Source of the DNA: Macrostomum lignano
Lineage: Eukaryota
Direction: 5' to 3'
Length of the DNA stretch: 43,262 bases
NCBI GenBank assembly: GCA_002269645.1
Contig: NIVC01004527.1
Span: forward strand, 1 to 43,262
This document shows positions 1 to 12,159 of the stretch, piece after piece. The notes below the pieces were generated by a model that was not told the origin of the DNA, searched no databases, and worked only from the letters and a program-made list of their open reading frames with translations. The number at the start of each line of letters is the position of its first letter. Position 1 is the stretch's first letter. The translations under genes and the position numbers were made by a program.

Positions 1-834
1 TAGGTGTATTGATTCAAAGATAAAGGTTATACCTATTCCATAGTCTAGATCATGCTAGGTGCACGCCTGAACAAAAATTGAATAATTACAAAACATACAT
101 GCGCAACAGTCAGCCGAGTTGGCCGATCGGCCGACTGATTTGGCAGCCAACCAAGGAAGTCGCAAAAATGCGGCAATGCCCACCCAAAAATACCAAAGTA
201 GTAGTACTAAGTAGCTGACGAGGCATTTTGACTCTGTAAGACAGTCATAGTTACTCCTGCCGTTTACCCAAAGTTGCGTTAATTTTGTGTTAGGGTTTTT
301 TTTACATGTAAGTCGCATTTTTGGCCAAAAACTACATCGCATTTTTGTTAAAACTAAGTCGCATGGCCGACCGAATTTTGGAGGTTGCGCATGTATGATT
401 ACAAATGCATGCTGGAAAAAATGTAGAGCATGCCCATTCTCAAAAATATGCCAGTGTTGCAACAATAAATGACCTTTTTTATGTCATGACAATCTAAATA
501 TACTAAATCTCTAAGGTTTGTATGCTTGAATGAATGAATGTCCATAATAAAAAACTATTTTTAATTATGTAATAGACCCTTATTACCAGATACTTTGGTT
601 GCTATTTATGCTTTTCGGCAACACTTTTTATAGCAGAAAATTTATACATGCAAAGATTTGTTTAAATGCCATTTTACAAGCTTGAAAAAACTGGAAAGCT
701 TGAAATTTGCGCTTAAAATTGAACTTTTTCATCCTTTTTCTACTTCACAATAACTTTTACGCGTGATTCTATAAAGTGCATGCCAGGTGTGCACGCATAT
801 TATCTTCTCAGGAGTGATGCATGCCAACTGTGCA

Positions 835-1397
835 CCACAGCCAGGAAGACGGTAGAATCCTCGGAATTTTCCGGCGCAAATCAGCAATTTGCCGGCGCAC
901 GGCGCACACTTCACTGCGCCGCGCGCATGGGCTCGGCGCATCGGCGCATGGCTCGGTGCATCGGTGCTTGGCTCGGCGCATGGCGCACAAGGTACGTCAG
1001 TGTACGTGACAATATAATAATGAATAATAAAAAAACGTATATTAAATGTCAATCAATCAATAAAATAAACGATAGTTGATACGATAGTCGTTATTTCCAA
1101 TGTTGTTTCTATTTCAAATTTCATTAATCGACTTAACAAACTTAACAAATTTGCGCCTTTCGCGGCTTTTGTTGCGTCTTTTTGCTTATATTTTGCAAAT
1201 AGAAGCCATGATTGAACTGCTTGAACTTCCATTGATATTGATTCAATTTAGATACTTAATACTTGATGGTGCTTTTTCAAGTGTATTTTTCTCGGCGCAT
1301 GGCGCACAAGTAATTTTTTTTCTCGGCGCACGCGGCGCACAACAAAAATTTTGATGGATGTTATTCCGGCGCACACGCTGCACCTTCCTGACCATGG
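835..1397. mobile_element. Non-autonomous DNA transposon (MITE) with 8-bp target-site duplication, probably hAT superfamily
   Basis: ACTGTGCA lies directly on both sides (827-834 and 1398-1405). Imperfect 14-bp terminal inverted repeats CCACAGCCAGGAAG / CTTCCTGACCATGG match at 11/14. Many subterminal GGCGCA motifs, no transposase ORF. An 8-bp TSD is typical of hAT (also P and Merlin), so the superfamily is inferred. Confidence 0.7.
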
Positions 1398-2851
1398 ACT
1401 GTGCATGCCTAATTTTGGCATGCAAGGCCAATGGCAATTGGCAATACACGCTTGAATTTTTGGGCAATATACTACATGATCCGGAGTGTGGTACCTATTC
1501 CTAAGCTAAATATAAAGGCATTTTAATATATAGGTTTGATGGCACAAAAAAACATTATTGATAGGCCTAGTTGCAGCTTGCAGTTAGTGAAGCCATAAAG
1601 ATAGCACAGCAAAAATATTCTTTGGACATTTATTATTATGTTGACAACTGTAACAAAAAATCACAAAATCAGTAATTACACCCAATTCTTAAATTATTAT
1701 ACTGAATTCAATATGTATTAACAAAAACATTGGCCCTAGTAAATAGGGTCTAAGATATTGACTAAATCAAACTTACTAACACACTTCTTTTCCAACCATG
1801 CCATGTAGTGGTGCCCTAGTGATAGTCTGATAGAAAATTGAAATGCTAAAAAGCATAATTAAAAGCAACAAATAAAAAGGGGTTTTAGGTTATATTTGCT
1901 TTGTACCCTGCCTGCCAAGACTGCCCCCACCTTGTCCACATCTTAAAACTCTCGAACTTTATTTAGCCCTATAGTAGGCCCTATTTAGCTCGTAGGATAT
2001 AGTAGGTATAAATCTAGTAGTAGTATAGTCGGTATAGGGCGGAAGCAGCAAGCAGCAAAGCTCAAGATTAGTTCAGTTCAGAAAACTAGCTATTAGGCCC
2101 TTGCCCTGATAAAACTCTATTTAAAAGCGATCGATTATACATCTAGGAAACTATAATTACAAATAAAACTGTTAAACTTTTACTAGTTATAACAAATATT
2201 TTACTTTTTTAGACTCCAATAGAGGCAAAAGAAAAGTAAAATTATCCGTTTAGTTTTTTTATTAGAATTATAAAGCTATAATATGTATGATATTCATAAA
2301 TAATCAATAAAATAACAAGCATTATCTGTTCACCATTTTTGTTGAAACGAGCTTCTTTAGAGGATCATAAAAATTGGATACGTATCAAAGACGTTCCTGC
2401 AACCAAAAAAGTTACGTATTGGAGACGTCCCACTTTCTATTGGATACGTAATTTTGCTATGCGGGCTCGCTCCAATAATTAAGCCATTTCCGAAGACTTC
2501 GGGGTTTCCCCGCTCTCGGACCGCTTTTAGTAGTAACCCAAGCTTTTTTTGCTAATTCCAATCTTTTCTGCGCACTCCCGAGGACTTGTCTGTTGGGTGG
2601 TGGCCTGGGTGGACTCGGTCCTAGCACCGTCCCTGATTCCACTTTTTGGGTTGGCGGTGTCTTGTACCGTAGGTTTGGGCTAGTAGCACCAATTCACTAG
2701 GTTCTCACCAGAGTCCTAAGCTCTGGTCCCAATTGTGGCCTCTCGGGCTACATGCCCCGGGCAGTATGGCCCAATCAGATCCTTGCGGCAGAGCCCGCCT
2801 TTCGGGCTGATCCGCGGGTAGCCCCCGGCTTCCCACCCTCGTTTAACAACA

Positions 2852-3150
2852 ATAGGGAAAGTGCGACCGCTGTTTTTCGTAACTTGTGCGAAAAAGCCGA
2901 CATAGGTTGCTTATATATGAGCCCAGTAGCTTAGGGACATAGACGCTATTTTTTGAGAATTTAATAGAACTTCTCATGAATTTAATAAATAGCTACCAGT
3001 CAAACTAAGAATGATGCATGCACTGCAGAGACTACTGACGAACTTGAGTTCAGTAGTTGATTTTCGCGCTGTCGCGAGTTGCAATTTTTTTACATTAGCT
3101 TCTATGGCCACATAAGTGGTTAATGAGTGGCCCATCTTGTGTATATATGA
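2852..3150 (-). mobile_element. Interspersed ~300-bp repeat, copy 1; possible non-autonomous Helitron-like element
   Basis: Clearly homologous to 11838-12159. On the minus strand it starts A|TC and ends CTAT|T with no TSD or TIR. Hairpin TTTTTCG/CGAAAAA about 20 nt from the 3' end; internal stem ACTACTGA/TCAGTAGT. Confidence 0.55.
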
Positions 3151-3879
3151 TATTTGGTCCTACAAGACATTTAGAAAAAAAAACAGATCCCCTGCCTCGG
3201 CTACCAATTCCAGCAGACTTTGTGCTTTGGTGAACAGAGCTGAACTGAACTCCCCAGCTTCATCATTCCATTCTGCGAGTGGCCTCAGTAAGTTAGGTTC
3301 AAGCACGGAATTTGTCGCTAGCACCTGTGCCAGGTACATGTACATGTACGAATAGACACACATGCCAGACAATTAGAAAGTCAAGGGCCGCTTCAAGATG
3401 TACATGTACATCAAAAGCATTTGTCTGTGCAGTGTGAAACCTTGCGTATGCATGCGCTGATCGTATACTTGCATCCTTACTAGCGTGCGTCGACTTTCGC
3501 CTGTATTTGTCTCATTAACAGTAGAACTTCCAAGAGGGGGGGGGGGAAATCCCCCTGACAATTTTTTTTGCTGCGCCGGAACGGAGCAACGCAGGCACAC
3601 GAAATTCAAGAACACGGGCTAACTTTCTGTTGCGCACCTTCTCAAACAAGAATCAAGTCGCCAGCCCTCCAGACCGTCGAGATATTCGACGATTCTGCCA
3701 GAAGGTCGGATTTTTCCCATAAGTGCTAGTGTATTCAGTACACCTCTGTGCGCCAATTAGCACTGCGCCTCAGTGCAGCCTTCCCAAGTCTCCAAATTTC
3801 ATCAGCACGTCGACCACATGTGTCTGCATCAGTTCTGACTTCGTTGGTCACTAGCCTTCACCTAGGTGGAGCTTCTGGA

Positions 3880-4172
3880 CCCTCAACTGGTGGCACCAGG
3901 GGACTATGGACAGCCTGATAATAATTTCTCTAGTTTCGCTGATCAAGCCTCGACAGTGGGAAAAAATCAACTGCTGGACATCCTCAGCTAGTCATTCAAG
4001 CATTCAGCCATCACCCCGACGCCGTCGGCACCTTCAACAGGTGGCACCAGGTGACTATGAAGATCCTGTTGGAACTATTTCAGATTTTTATTATCAAGCT
4101 TCAATAATGGGCAAACCTCAACTGCTGGACATCCTCAGCTAGTCTCTCGAGCCTTCAGTCATCACCCCGACG
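3880..4172. repeat. Diverged two-copy tandem duplication, period about 150 bp
   Basis: CAACTGGTGGCACCAGGGGACTATG (~3884) recurs as CAACAGGTGGCACCAGGTGACTATG (~4036). CAACTGCTGGACATCCTCAGCTAGTC occurs at ~3969 and ~4119. Confidence 0.75.
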
Positions 4173-5919
4173 TCTGGCGTGGTATTCCTACTGTTAAGCA
4201 AAAGCCACTTGCGACTGCTCGTATACATGTACATGACAATACAGAATTACAGTAGTGACAGATACATAAATGAGCAACTGTGTCCATTACTATCGGACAA
4301 GGATTTGACGTGCAATGTAAATTCATATACAGTAATTAACATACATATGTACGTAATTAAAAGAAGACATCGGACTAAAAGGTTCTAGACTGCTTACTTA
4401 TTTAAGTAGGCATGTTACAGAGTAAAAGAACAGAAAATTTCGTTGTATTTAGACTATTTACATGCAATCGTACATATAATTAAATGTCGACCACCGCTGT
4501 AGTTTCGAGCAAATTTCTGTTCGAAGAAACCTTTAACCGTGACCATATACAGTTTTTGTAGCTAAATATTAATGGGATATGTGTTCCGTGCATAGAACTA
4601 CCTTTATATCATTAATTCCTGGGCATTTGCGTTCATGTTGGGTCCATAGCTCTCTTATCTGCTATATCTCGAGCTGCTTTAAAACTGGCGATACAAAACA
4701 CACAAACGCTTCAACTGCTCCCTGGGTATGCTGGAATAATCTAAATGTACTCATATAATGTACACAGAAATGTGTTTACATGTACCATGCAGGCCAAATG
4801 TAGCCTTCTTATCCAGCAATGTTAATACGGCGAATACCAAAAATAAGTCGCTTAGTTTAAACCTGATACGCACTGCACACACAGTCAAGTGGGCAGAGCA
4901 AACTGCAGTAAATTGAGACCAAAAAATCGCTAACTGTACCAAATTTCTCTTTAGCGATCTAAACTGCGACGCAATTCGCAGCAGGTGCAAGGCACTGAAT
5001 GGGATCGCTAATTTCTATAACTAAATTGCCAACCTAGCTGCAACGTGCGAACTTAATTAGCTTGCTAGACTCATTCGCATTGCGGTAATTGGCAAAGAAA
5101 GTTCATTGAGAATAATGAGAAAATATTAGGCTCAATTAAGCCAGAAAGGCCCCAGAGCTCGAAGCGATGCAAAATTTATGAATTATTAGCGATTATAATT
5201 ATGAGCCACTTTGCTGCTTTTGTTGACTGGAGAAAAGCAATTGTATGGCTCAGAAGGTTCGTTATAAACGCGACAAGCGGGCATTGCTTCTTGCTCGGAT
5301 TAAATTGTTAACGACGCATTTTTTTGCAGCAAAAGATTTTCCAAATCTTATACATGAAGAAAAATTAAAAAGCACCAGAAAAAACATGTTGAAGAAATAT
5401 TGTAAATAAAATGTCGAGTGAGGCACCGCAGTTAAGTTTTAGGTGGGAAGCTCCATTCCATTACCGCTACTTAAAGCGATTTGGATTTAAAATGGCGAGT
5501 ATATTTTTCAGCTACCCACACTCGTATATAACAAAATTCATTCCTTGATCCAGTGAAAATTGAGGGCTGCAAAACATCTGACTGGCAGCAATTGAAAGGG
5601 TTCGCTGTACAAAATGGTGTAGAAAAAATTGTAAGAAGTTTATTGGCTGATCAGATGGATAATAAAAATACAAATCAAGTCAATCAATATCGAATTAAAC
5701 TAAGAAGGGATATCAGCAAACTATTGACTATGCATTGAAGATTGTGCCCGATGCGTAAAGCGTCGTAAATAAGATTTGATCAGTCATTTTAATTAGTATA
5801 AACAGTTTAAAGTATAAAGTACAAACAAGCCCTCAATAATACCTACATTTCTGGATGCCTCCAGAACTCGATGTTAGAGCTTGATTTTTATAGAAAGATT
5901 GTTTGAAGTTAATCACTTC

Positions 5920-6645
5920 TCAAACTTCAGTTGTAGTTCTCGATTGTCGACCCAGTTGACGTACTGCGAACGAAGAGGCTGTCGTAGCAACTTTTGACGA
6001 CGGTACTGCAGCGTTTGCCATTGATGGAGCCGGCGCTCGAGTGTTAGGATTTGTCGAAGGTCTTGAAGCAGACGATTGAACAGCCACTTGTTGAGGAACG
6101 GCTGAAGCTTTTGGAAGAGAGGCAGCTGAAGCTCTTCGTGGACGAGTTGCTGGACCGCGGCTTGAAGGAACTGCTGAAGCTCTAGGGGAAGTAGTGGATG
6201 AGGCCCTTGGTGATGGAACTGCTGAAGTTGCTGAAGCTGAAGCTCTCGGTGGAGGCACTGCCGAAGCGCTTTGAGAAACTGCTGAAGCTCTCGGTGGAGG
6301 CACTGCCGAAGCGCTTTGAGAAACTGCTGAAGCTCTCGGTGGAGGCACTGCCGAAGCGCTTTGAGAAACTGCTGAAGCCCTCGGTGGAGGCACTGCCGAA
6401 GCGCTTTGAGAAACTGCTGAAGCCCTCGGTGGAGGCACTGCCGAAGCGCTTTGAGGAACTGCTGAAGCCCTTTGGGAAGTAGCTGTTGAACCCCTTGGTG
6501 CTGGAGCTGCAGCGGGTCTTATTGAAGAATTCGAATAGATTTCGTGAGCTTGTCCTGCTTGAACATCCTCCCGCACTGTCGCGGAGTTCCTATTGTCGAT
6601 CGGTTCCTCTCTGAGCGAAGAAATTTTGGTTCGATCGATTATCAA
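5920..6645 (-). CDS. Possible exon/ORF encoding a Ser/Ala/Pro-rich low-complexity repeat polypeptide
   Basis: 241-codon open frame extending well beyond the embedded 45-bp repeat (15-aa RASAVSQSASAVPPP units). No recognisable domain. Possible upstream minus-strand exons near 7330-7372 and 7117-7237 (GT/AG in compatible phase) are speculative. Confidence 0.35.
   Translation of the reverse strand: MIIDRTKISSLREEPIDNRNSATVREDVQAGQAHEIYSNSSIRPAAAPAPRGSTATSQRASAVPQSASAVPPPRASAVSQSASAVPPPRASAVSQSASAVPPPRASAVSQSASAVPPPRASAVSQSASAVPPPRASASATSAVPSPRASSTTSPRASAVPSSRGPATRPRRASAASLPKASAVPQQVAVQSSASRPSTNPNTRAPAPSMANAAVPSSKVATTASSFAVRQLGRQSRTTTEV
6233..6470. repeat. 45-bp minisatellite, about 5 copies
   Basis: AGCTCTCGGTGGAGGCACTGCCGAAGCGCTTTGAGAAACTGCTGA recurs at 6241, 6286, 6331, 6376 and 6421. 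Confidence 0.95.
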
Positions 6646-7625
6646 AGTAAAGAGTTCTAATACAAATAACTAAAAACTGCAAACCCTACATTGGCTGTCT
6701 TCTTGCTGCCAAATAGCTGAGAGGCGTTCCGCTGCCCGACCGTGGCATCATTTCGCTGTCCCGCTTGTCGCTCGCGTACGAACGCTGAAAAGTTAAAAGA
6801 TGACAGCTGCGGCGGAGTGAAGTACGACAATAATTGCTGAAGTCTTTTACAAGTTACAACTTCTTAGCGCTGCTCACAGCCACATAGCTGCTGATGCGAC
6901 GTCGGTAAGAATTGTTTTAGTTGAAGGGACAAAAAATGTCAGGATCATGGAGGACATGGTTGGCAGCGTAGTCATCCGCGCCGTTGTTAATCGCATCATC
7001 GCTGTTCTTTGTTCATGAACCTTGCATCCACTAAATGAGCAGTAGTTTCCCCGAGATGTACAGCTTAATTCTATAGAAAAAACTTCCAGCATCGAGGATG
7101 TTGGAAAGATTCAAACCTGGTTGCGTCCAGAAGTGGAGTGCCGGTCCGCGTTCAAAGGACGCGACACCATTGCCGCGGCCCTATGAGGAGTTCGAGTCAC
7201 AGCTTCGTTTGTTGATGTACCGCTTACGATAGCTTCGCTGTAAAATAGGGCCGCTAAACATGAAATAGCATCTGGAATGCTCAAAGAAATACCTGATACT
7301 ACAAGTATTCTAAAAGCCTTCTCTTACCCTGGTTGTCTCCGGTTGACATCGATGACACTGATTCGGACCATGTTGTCGCGAGCGGCAGAATACTATTGTT
7401 AAGGAAAAATGAATTGTTAGAAAATGATGACAAACGATTTGATAATTACTTTAATTATTGCATGTAATGTCAACTTAAGCACCGGAATGGAGACTGAAAT
7501 GAAGTCGATTTGGTCTTGAGTTTTGCTTCGCTCAGTATTTAAATAGGTTGAAAATCTGATGGGCTTCACTGAAGCATTACCTGCACTTTTCTTCTCTCCT
7601 TATTGCTGACAGAGTACGCATCAAA

Positions 7626-8395
7626 CTAGAACTTCATCGCGCCAGCCAGCAGCACCAGCCCGACGACAATCAGAACAGGTCCGAAAATCTCGCCCTTGTC
7701 GATTGTCAGCATGATGTTGTTGTGGAAGCGCAGCCCAAACACCACCCCCGCGCCAATGATGAACAGGATTCCGCCCACCGTTAGGCCGATCGCAATCAGG
7801 TAGGGAACCCTCCCTCTGCCGAAGTAGGGGGCGAGCAGAAGGCCGCGAACTTTCTTGTCGTGATACTCCTGCTGGATGCTGGACTTTCCGCTTCTTTTGC
7901 TGACCACCGAGGCCTTGGAGCCGCCGAGACTCTGAGATTGTCGAGTAGTAGTGGACTGAGACTGGGTCGAGTTGCTTCGAGCGCCCATCGTTGAGCTCCG
8001 GCTGCCTGTTGCCAGGGCGGACTGAGGCGAGTAGTAGACCCGCCCGGACGGATAAACAACAGGAACGTGTCGGATGGCATTCTGCGGCTGGTAGGAGTAG
8101 GATTGGCTTTGCACTCTTGACTGCGGCTGCTGTGCCGAGGCGCGACTTTGCTGCAGTGCCAGCTGCTGCTTTCTTTCTTTCTTTCTTTTTCGGGTCACGG
8201 ACATTGTAGCTAGACGTAGCTAATAGGACCGGGGGCGTAGCCCCATGCAGCCGGGGCGCTGACCCTGCGCGGGCGGGCAGTAGACGGCGGAATCCAATTT
8301 GCGGCCTGCGGCTGCTGCTGCTTCTGCTGCTGCTGAATGACAACGGGCACAGTCGCATGGGAGTGATACTGGTACGCCTTGTTAACGTAGGCCAT
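7626..8395 (-). CDS. Putative two-transmembrane protein with long low-complexity N-terminus; frame disrupted near 8200-8215
   Basis: ORF 8204-7626 ends in two hydrophobic segments (YLIAIGLTVGGILFIIGAGVVFGL and IFGPVLIVVGLVLLAGAMKF). The upstream ORF 8395-8210 (MAYVNKAY...) follows a TTTCAG acceptor and stops 5 nt before that ATG in another frame. GC-rich, coding-like composition throughout. Confidence 0.5.
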
Positions 8396-9503
8396 CAAAC
8401 TGAAATCGTGATTTTATGCGTTGAATTTAACCTTATTCAAAAGATTCTCTATGCAGGGTCATAAGGCCAAGGTTCCAGGAATGTTTACAAGTTGAATTTT
8501 CGGCAAAAGTTTGCGCTGTTACTAATTTAAACAAAATATTTAAAAAAGTATGCATACGCACGCTTAGGAATGTGAGAATCGTGAAAAATCAAACGGTTAA
8601 AAAAATTGGTTAACTCATATTTTAAACTTTTCTCTCATTCATTTCTGCACTTCAATTCCTGCAAATCGTTAGAAAGTTTGCTATAATGTCAAATATTAAT
8701 ATTAGAATTCATTTTCGTTCTACAATTTCTGCCGAATTTTAACAGAAGTACATGGAAATACGCTTATTAAAATTATCACCCAAAAATGATTGTTTTAAGT
8801 ACTACGAGCTAGATTAAAACAGAAAGCCAATATTTTAATGATACTGGTATTTGTAATAAATGAACTAAAACAACAGGCAACTTTGTTAACAGCTTAATGT
8901 TAATAAATTTTGAAACTTATATTATTTTCAATGCTATCTGAACTTAATTTTTTCAAGGGTGGCACACTGTCAATGAAAGGAAATCCAAAATGCTTCAAAA
9001 ATGCAGCAAGCAGGTATTTACAAAATTAGGTAATGAGGTAAATGTATATAGCTCGTAAATGAGCATAAATGAATCTGTAGAACAAAGGAAACACCACAGT
9101 CTCAATTTTTATGTAAGTTTGAGGCGACCCCAGTAGGTAGATATAACAGGTAGGTAGGTAAGATAGGTAGAAAATTACAATGGAACCCCAGATAGCTATT
9201 AGGAAGGGCAAACAGAAGCAGCATTAAGACAATTAATCAACTGTCAAGTCAGATATGAATGACCGAATCCAATAAAGCCTCTTTCCATTCCAGTGAGTAG
9301 CAACACCCCGCCGCAGGCACAATGGCGCTCAAACCGGCCGGGAGAAGCGAACCGAGGAAAGGCCCGACTTAGAGAGCAATGAAGTCAAAAGGACGATCGG
9401 CACGCGGCAGAATCTGGCGAACACTGGGGAGAATCAGACGGCCCGCCCACGGACTCCTATTCAACCTGGAGCTGCCCAAGAAGGCGAGATCAATCCCAAG
9501 AAG

Positions 9504-9686
<183 letters not shown>

Positions 9687-10044
9687 TGTAATCAACCATG
9701 GACAGAGTTAACAGAAGGAAGACTAAGCTCTTTTTCTGTAATTCAAACTTTATCCAACGCAACATATAGATTTGCAAAACCCTGAATAATCTCTAACTCA
9801 CGCACTTAGCAACCTACTAGAACTAACTAAATTCGTGTACAACTAGGGGATTGAGTCCCAGATTTTATATTGCTTAAACCCCTCGCCGTTGCTAACAAGC
9901 AAAGACACCCCACCGGCGGCGGGGGAGGTCAAAAATTCCAATCTGTATAAAATAGACGCCCATCTCAAACTGAAGCGGCACTGCTCTCTTTTCCTACGGT
10001 TTTCTCTGACTGCCTGATAGAAGAATTAAGGAGCTGAACAACCT

Positions 10045-10340
10045 TAAACCGCTAGACCCACATTATAGTGGGCAGATGTGCAGCCGACAGCTCAGCCGCA
10101 GCTATTGCGCGGCGCATCTGAAGGCTGCGTACGGCTGTTCAGTCCAAGGACTGGGGGGTCACCACACCCACCCTCAATTACCCCAGCTAATGCAGGCACC
10201 CATTTTACACATGGGTGAACTGAAGCAATGCAGAGTTAAGTGTCTTGCTCAAGGACACAAATTGTTCCGGGTTGGATCGAGAATCGAACCCCCGACCTAC
10301 CGGTAGTGAGTCCGACGCTCTGACCACTAGGCTACAACCC
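10045..10340 (-). mobile_element. tRNA-derived SINE with a CORE-like central domain
   Basis: Minus strand: A-box GTAGCCTAGTGG, B-box GGTTCGATTC, then TGTGTCCTTGAGCAAGACACTTAACTC...CTTCAGTTCACCCATGTGTAAAATGGG, resembling the CORE domain of MIR-type SINEs. The 3' boundary is approximate. Confidence 0.75.
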
Positions 10341-10586
10341 ACACTACTCAACACCTTCAACTATTCCCATCAGGGCATCCCGGCAGTTCTGCAACAGCAT
10401 TAATAATGGATTAGCAAGTGTAGGAAGAGTCAGGCGCGGGGCCGGTTCCAAAACTGGAATAATCCAGCTTACGCTGGATTTTTCTTTCATCAAGAGAGCC
10501 GCAGGGCAGTATAGTGCACTTACGAGGTTCACTCAGAAAGTTCTTAGCCTGAACAATAAAACAGCAACAAATGAACTAAAAAGCGA

Positions 10587-11643
10587 TTAAAAGTGCTCAA
10601 ATACTATCCACCGGCATTGATACAGGCTTGCATCCTGTGAAACCAGCTGTCGAAGCACTGCCGCCAATCCTCATCCCGGAGCTCCTCGATGATGTTTTTG
10701 AACTCATTCACAGCTTCTTCCGGTGAAGAAGAAACCTGGCCCTTCAGAATCTCCTTGCACTTAGGAAACAGAAAAAGTCGCACGGTGCCAGGTCTGGACT
10801 GTAAGCAGGGTGAGTCATCAGCTGGACACCACAGTCAGCCAGAAACTCCAGAGATTGAGCCGCCGTGTGCGCACTGGCGTTGTGGTGCAGAAGCATCCCG
10901 CGCATTCCGCACCTTGGGCGCCTCTGGCTCACAGCAGAAAAGACTTTGGGCAGGCAAACCGTTGTGTACCAGTCAGCGGTGACTGTCTGGTGATCTTCAA
11001 GTGAAACGGAAGCCACATGCCCAGTGCGCATGAAGAAACAGGCCACCATCTGCTTGCCGACACTCCAGCTGCGTCGGAACTTGGTGGGGCTGTCCTCGTC
11101 TCCAAAGGTCCACATGGCTGACTGGCGCTTGCTTTCGGGGTCGTATTGATAAATCCAGGTCTCATCGCCCGTGAGGATGTCCCAGCTACGCTGGCTGGTC
11201 CCAGATTCGAATTTCTGCAGCATGAATCGGCACCAAGCCACCCTGGTGTCCTTCTGCACGTCCGACAGCTGATGGAGGATCCACCGGGAAGCCAGCTTCC
11301 GCACTCCAAGGTGTTCGTGCAGAATGGCGTGCACACTCCCCGATCCAATACCGATCTCCTGCTGGATCTGCTGGTAGGTCACTCGCCGGTCAGCGGCAAT
11401 CATGCTGAAGACAGCGCAGATATTTTCTGGAGTCACTGCGTCACATGGTCTCCCGGATCGATGTTCATATTCGAGGCTTTCTCGACCTCGGCGAAACTCA
11501 GCGAACCGGTTTTTGACGGTTGCGTATGAAGGACATAGATGGGTGAAAACGTTCTGTAAAGTTTGATACGAATCGGGCGGCGACTTGCCTTGCTTGAAGA
11601 GCAAATAAATCATTGCTCTGAAGTCGCGATTTTCCAGCTTCAT
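10587..11643 (-). pseudogene. Mariner transposase pseudogene
   Basis: ATG at 11643 (MKLENRDFRAMI). Motifs RSGRP, WILHQL (WVPHEL-like), TGDETW and YSPDLAPCD present. The second catalytic Asp is lost (LLHH-NA instead of HHDNA). A 1-bp frameshift follows CDFF; the shifted frame continues LFPKCKEILKG...WFHRMQACINAGG with a premature stop near the end. Confidence 0.93.
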
Positions 11644-11837
11644 TGTTAAATTCAAGAACTCAAGGGGTGAACTGACTTTAACTCGCTGCAGTGGACTCAA
11701 AAGTGGCTGCTTCTGTTTGAAAATTTTGCTGCGATACTTTTAAAAGTTGGTCTTTACTATAGACAAATTTAATGCTTCTACGTCTCGTGGATCCATAGAT
11801 ATTATATTCACTAGATAGGCCCCTTTGTATGGCAGTA

Positions 11838-12159
11838 ATAAGGAAAGTGCGACCGCTGTTTTTTCGTCACTTGTAAGAAAAAGGCCGACATGGGTTGCTT
11901 AAATTTTGAGTTCAGTAGCTTAGGGACATAGACACTATTTTTTGAGAATTGAATAAAAATTCTCATGAATTAATTAAAAAGCTACTCAATTGAACTAAAA
12001 ATGATAAATTCACATATTCACATGAATTCACAACAGAGACTACTGACGAAATTGAGTTCAGTAGTTGATTTTCGCGCTGTCGCGAGATGCAAAATTTTTT
12101 ACATTAGCTTCTATGGCCACATAAGCTGTTAATGAGTGGCCCATCTTGTGTATATATGA
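11838..12159 (-). mobile_element. Interspersed repeat, copy 2 (Helitron-like), nested in the mariner 5' UTR
   Basis: Homologous to 2852-3150 with the same termini (A|TC ... TTAT|T). It sits between the right TIR and the transposase ATG with no TSD. Confidence 0.6.

Noticed and set aside
2745-2830. Second HDV-like ribozyme suggested by the 7-bp GGGCTAC/GTAGCCC stem
   Set aside because: L3 would be too short, there is no GG for P1.1 after the stem, and no P4 or J4/2 is evident.
5553-5738. 61-codon ORF in an AT-rich segment as a gene or transposase remnant
   Set aside because: Starts at GTG, no recognisable motif, surrounding frames are full of stops; not supportable.
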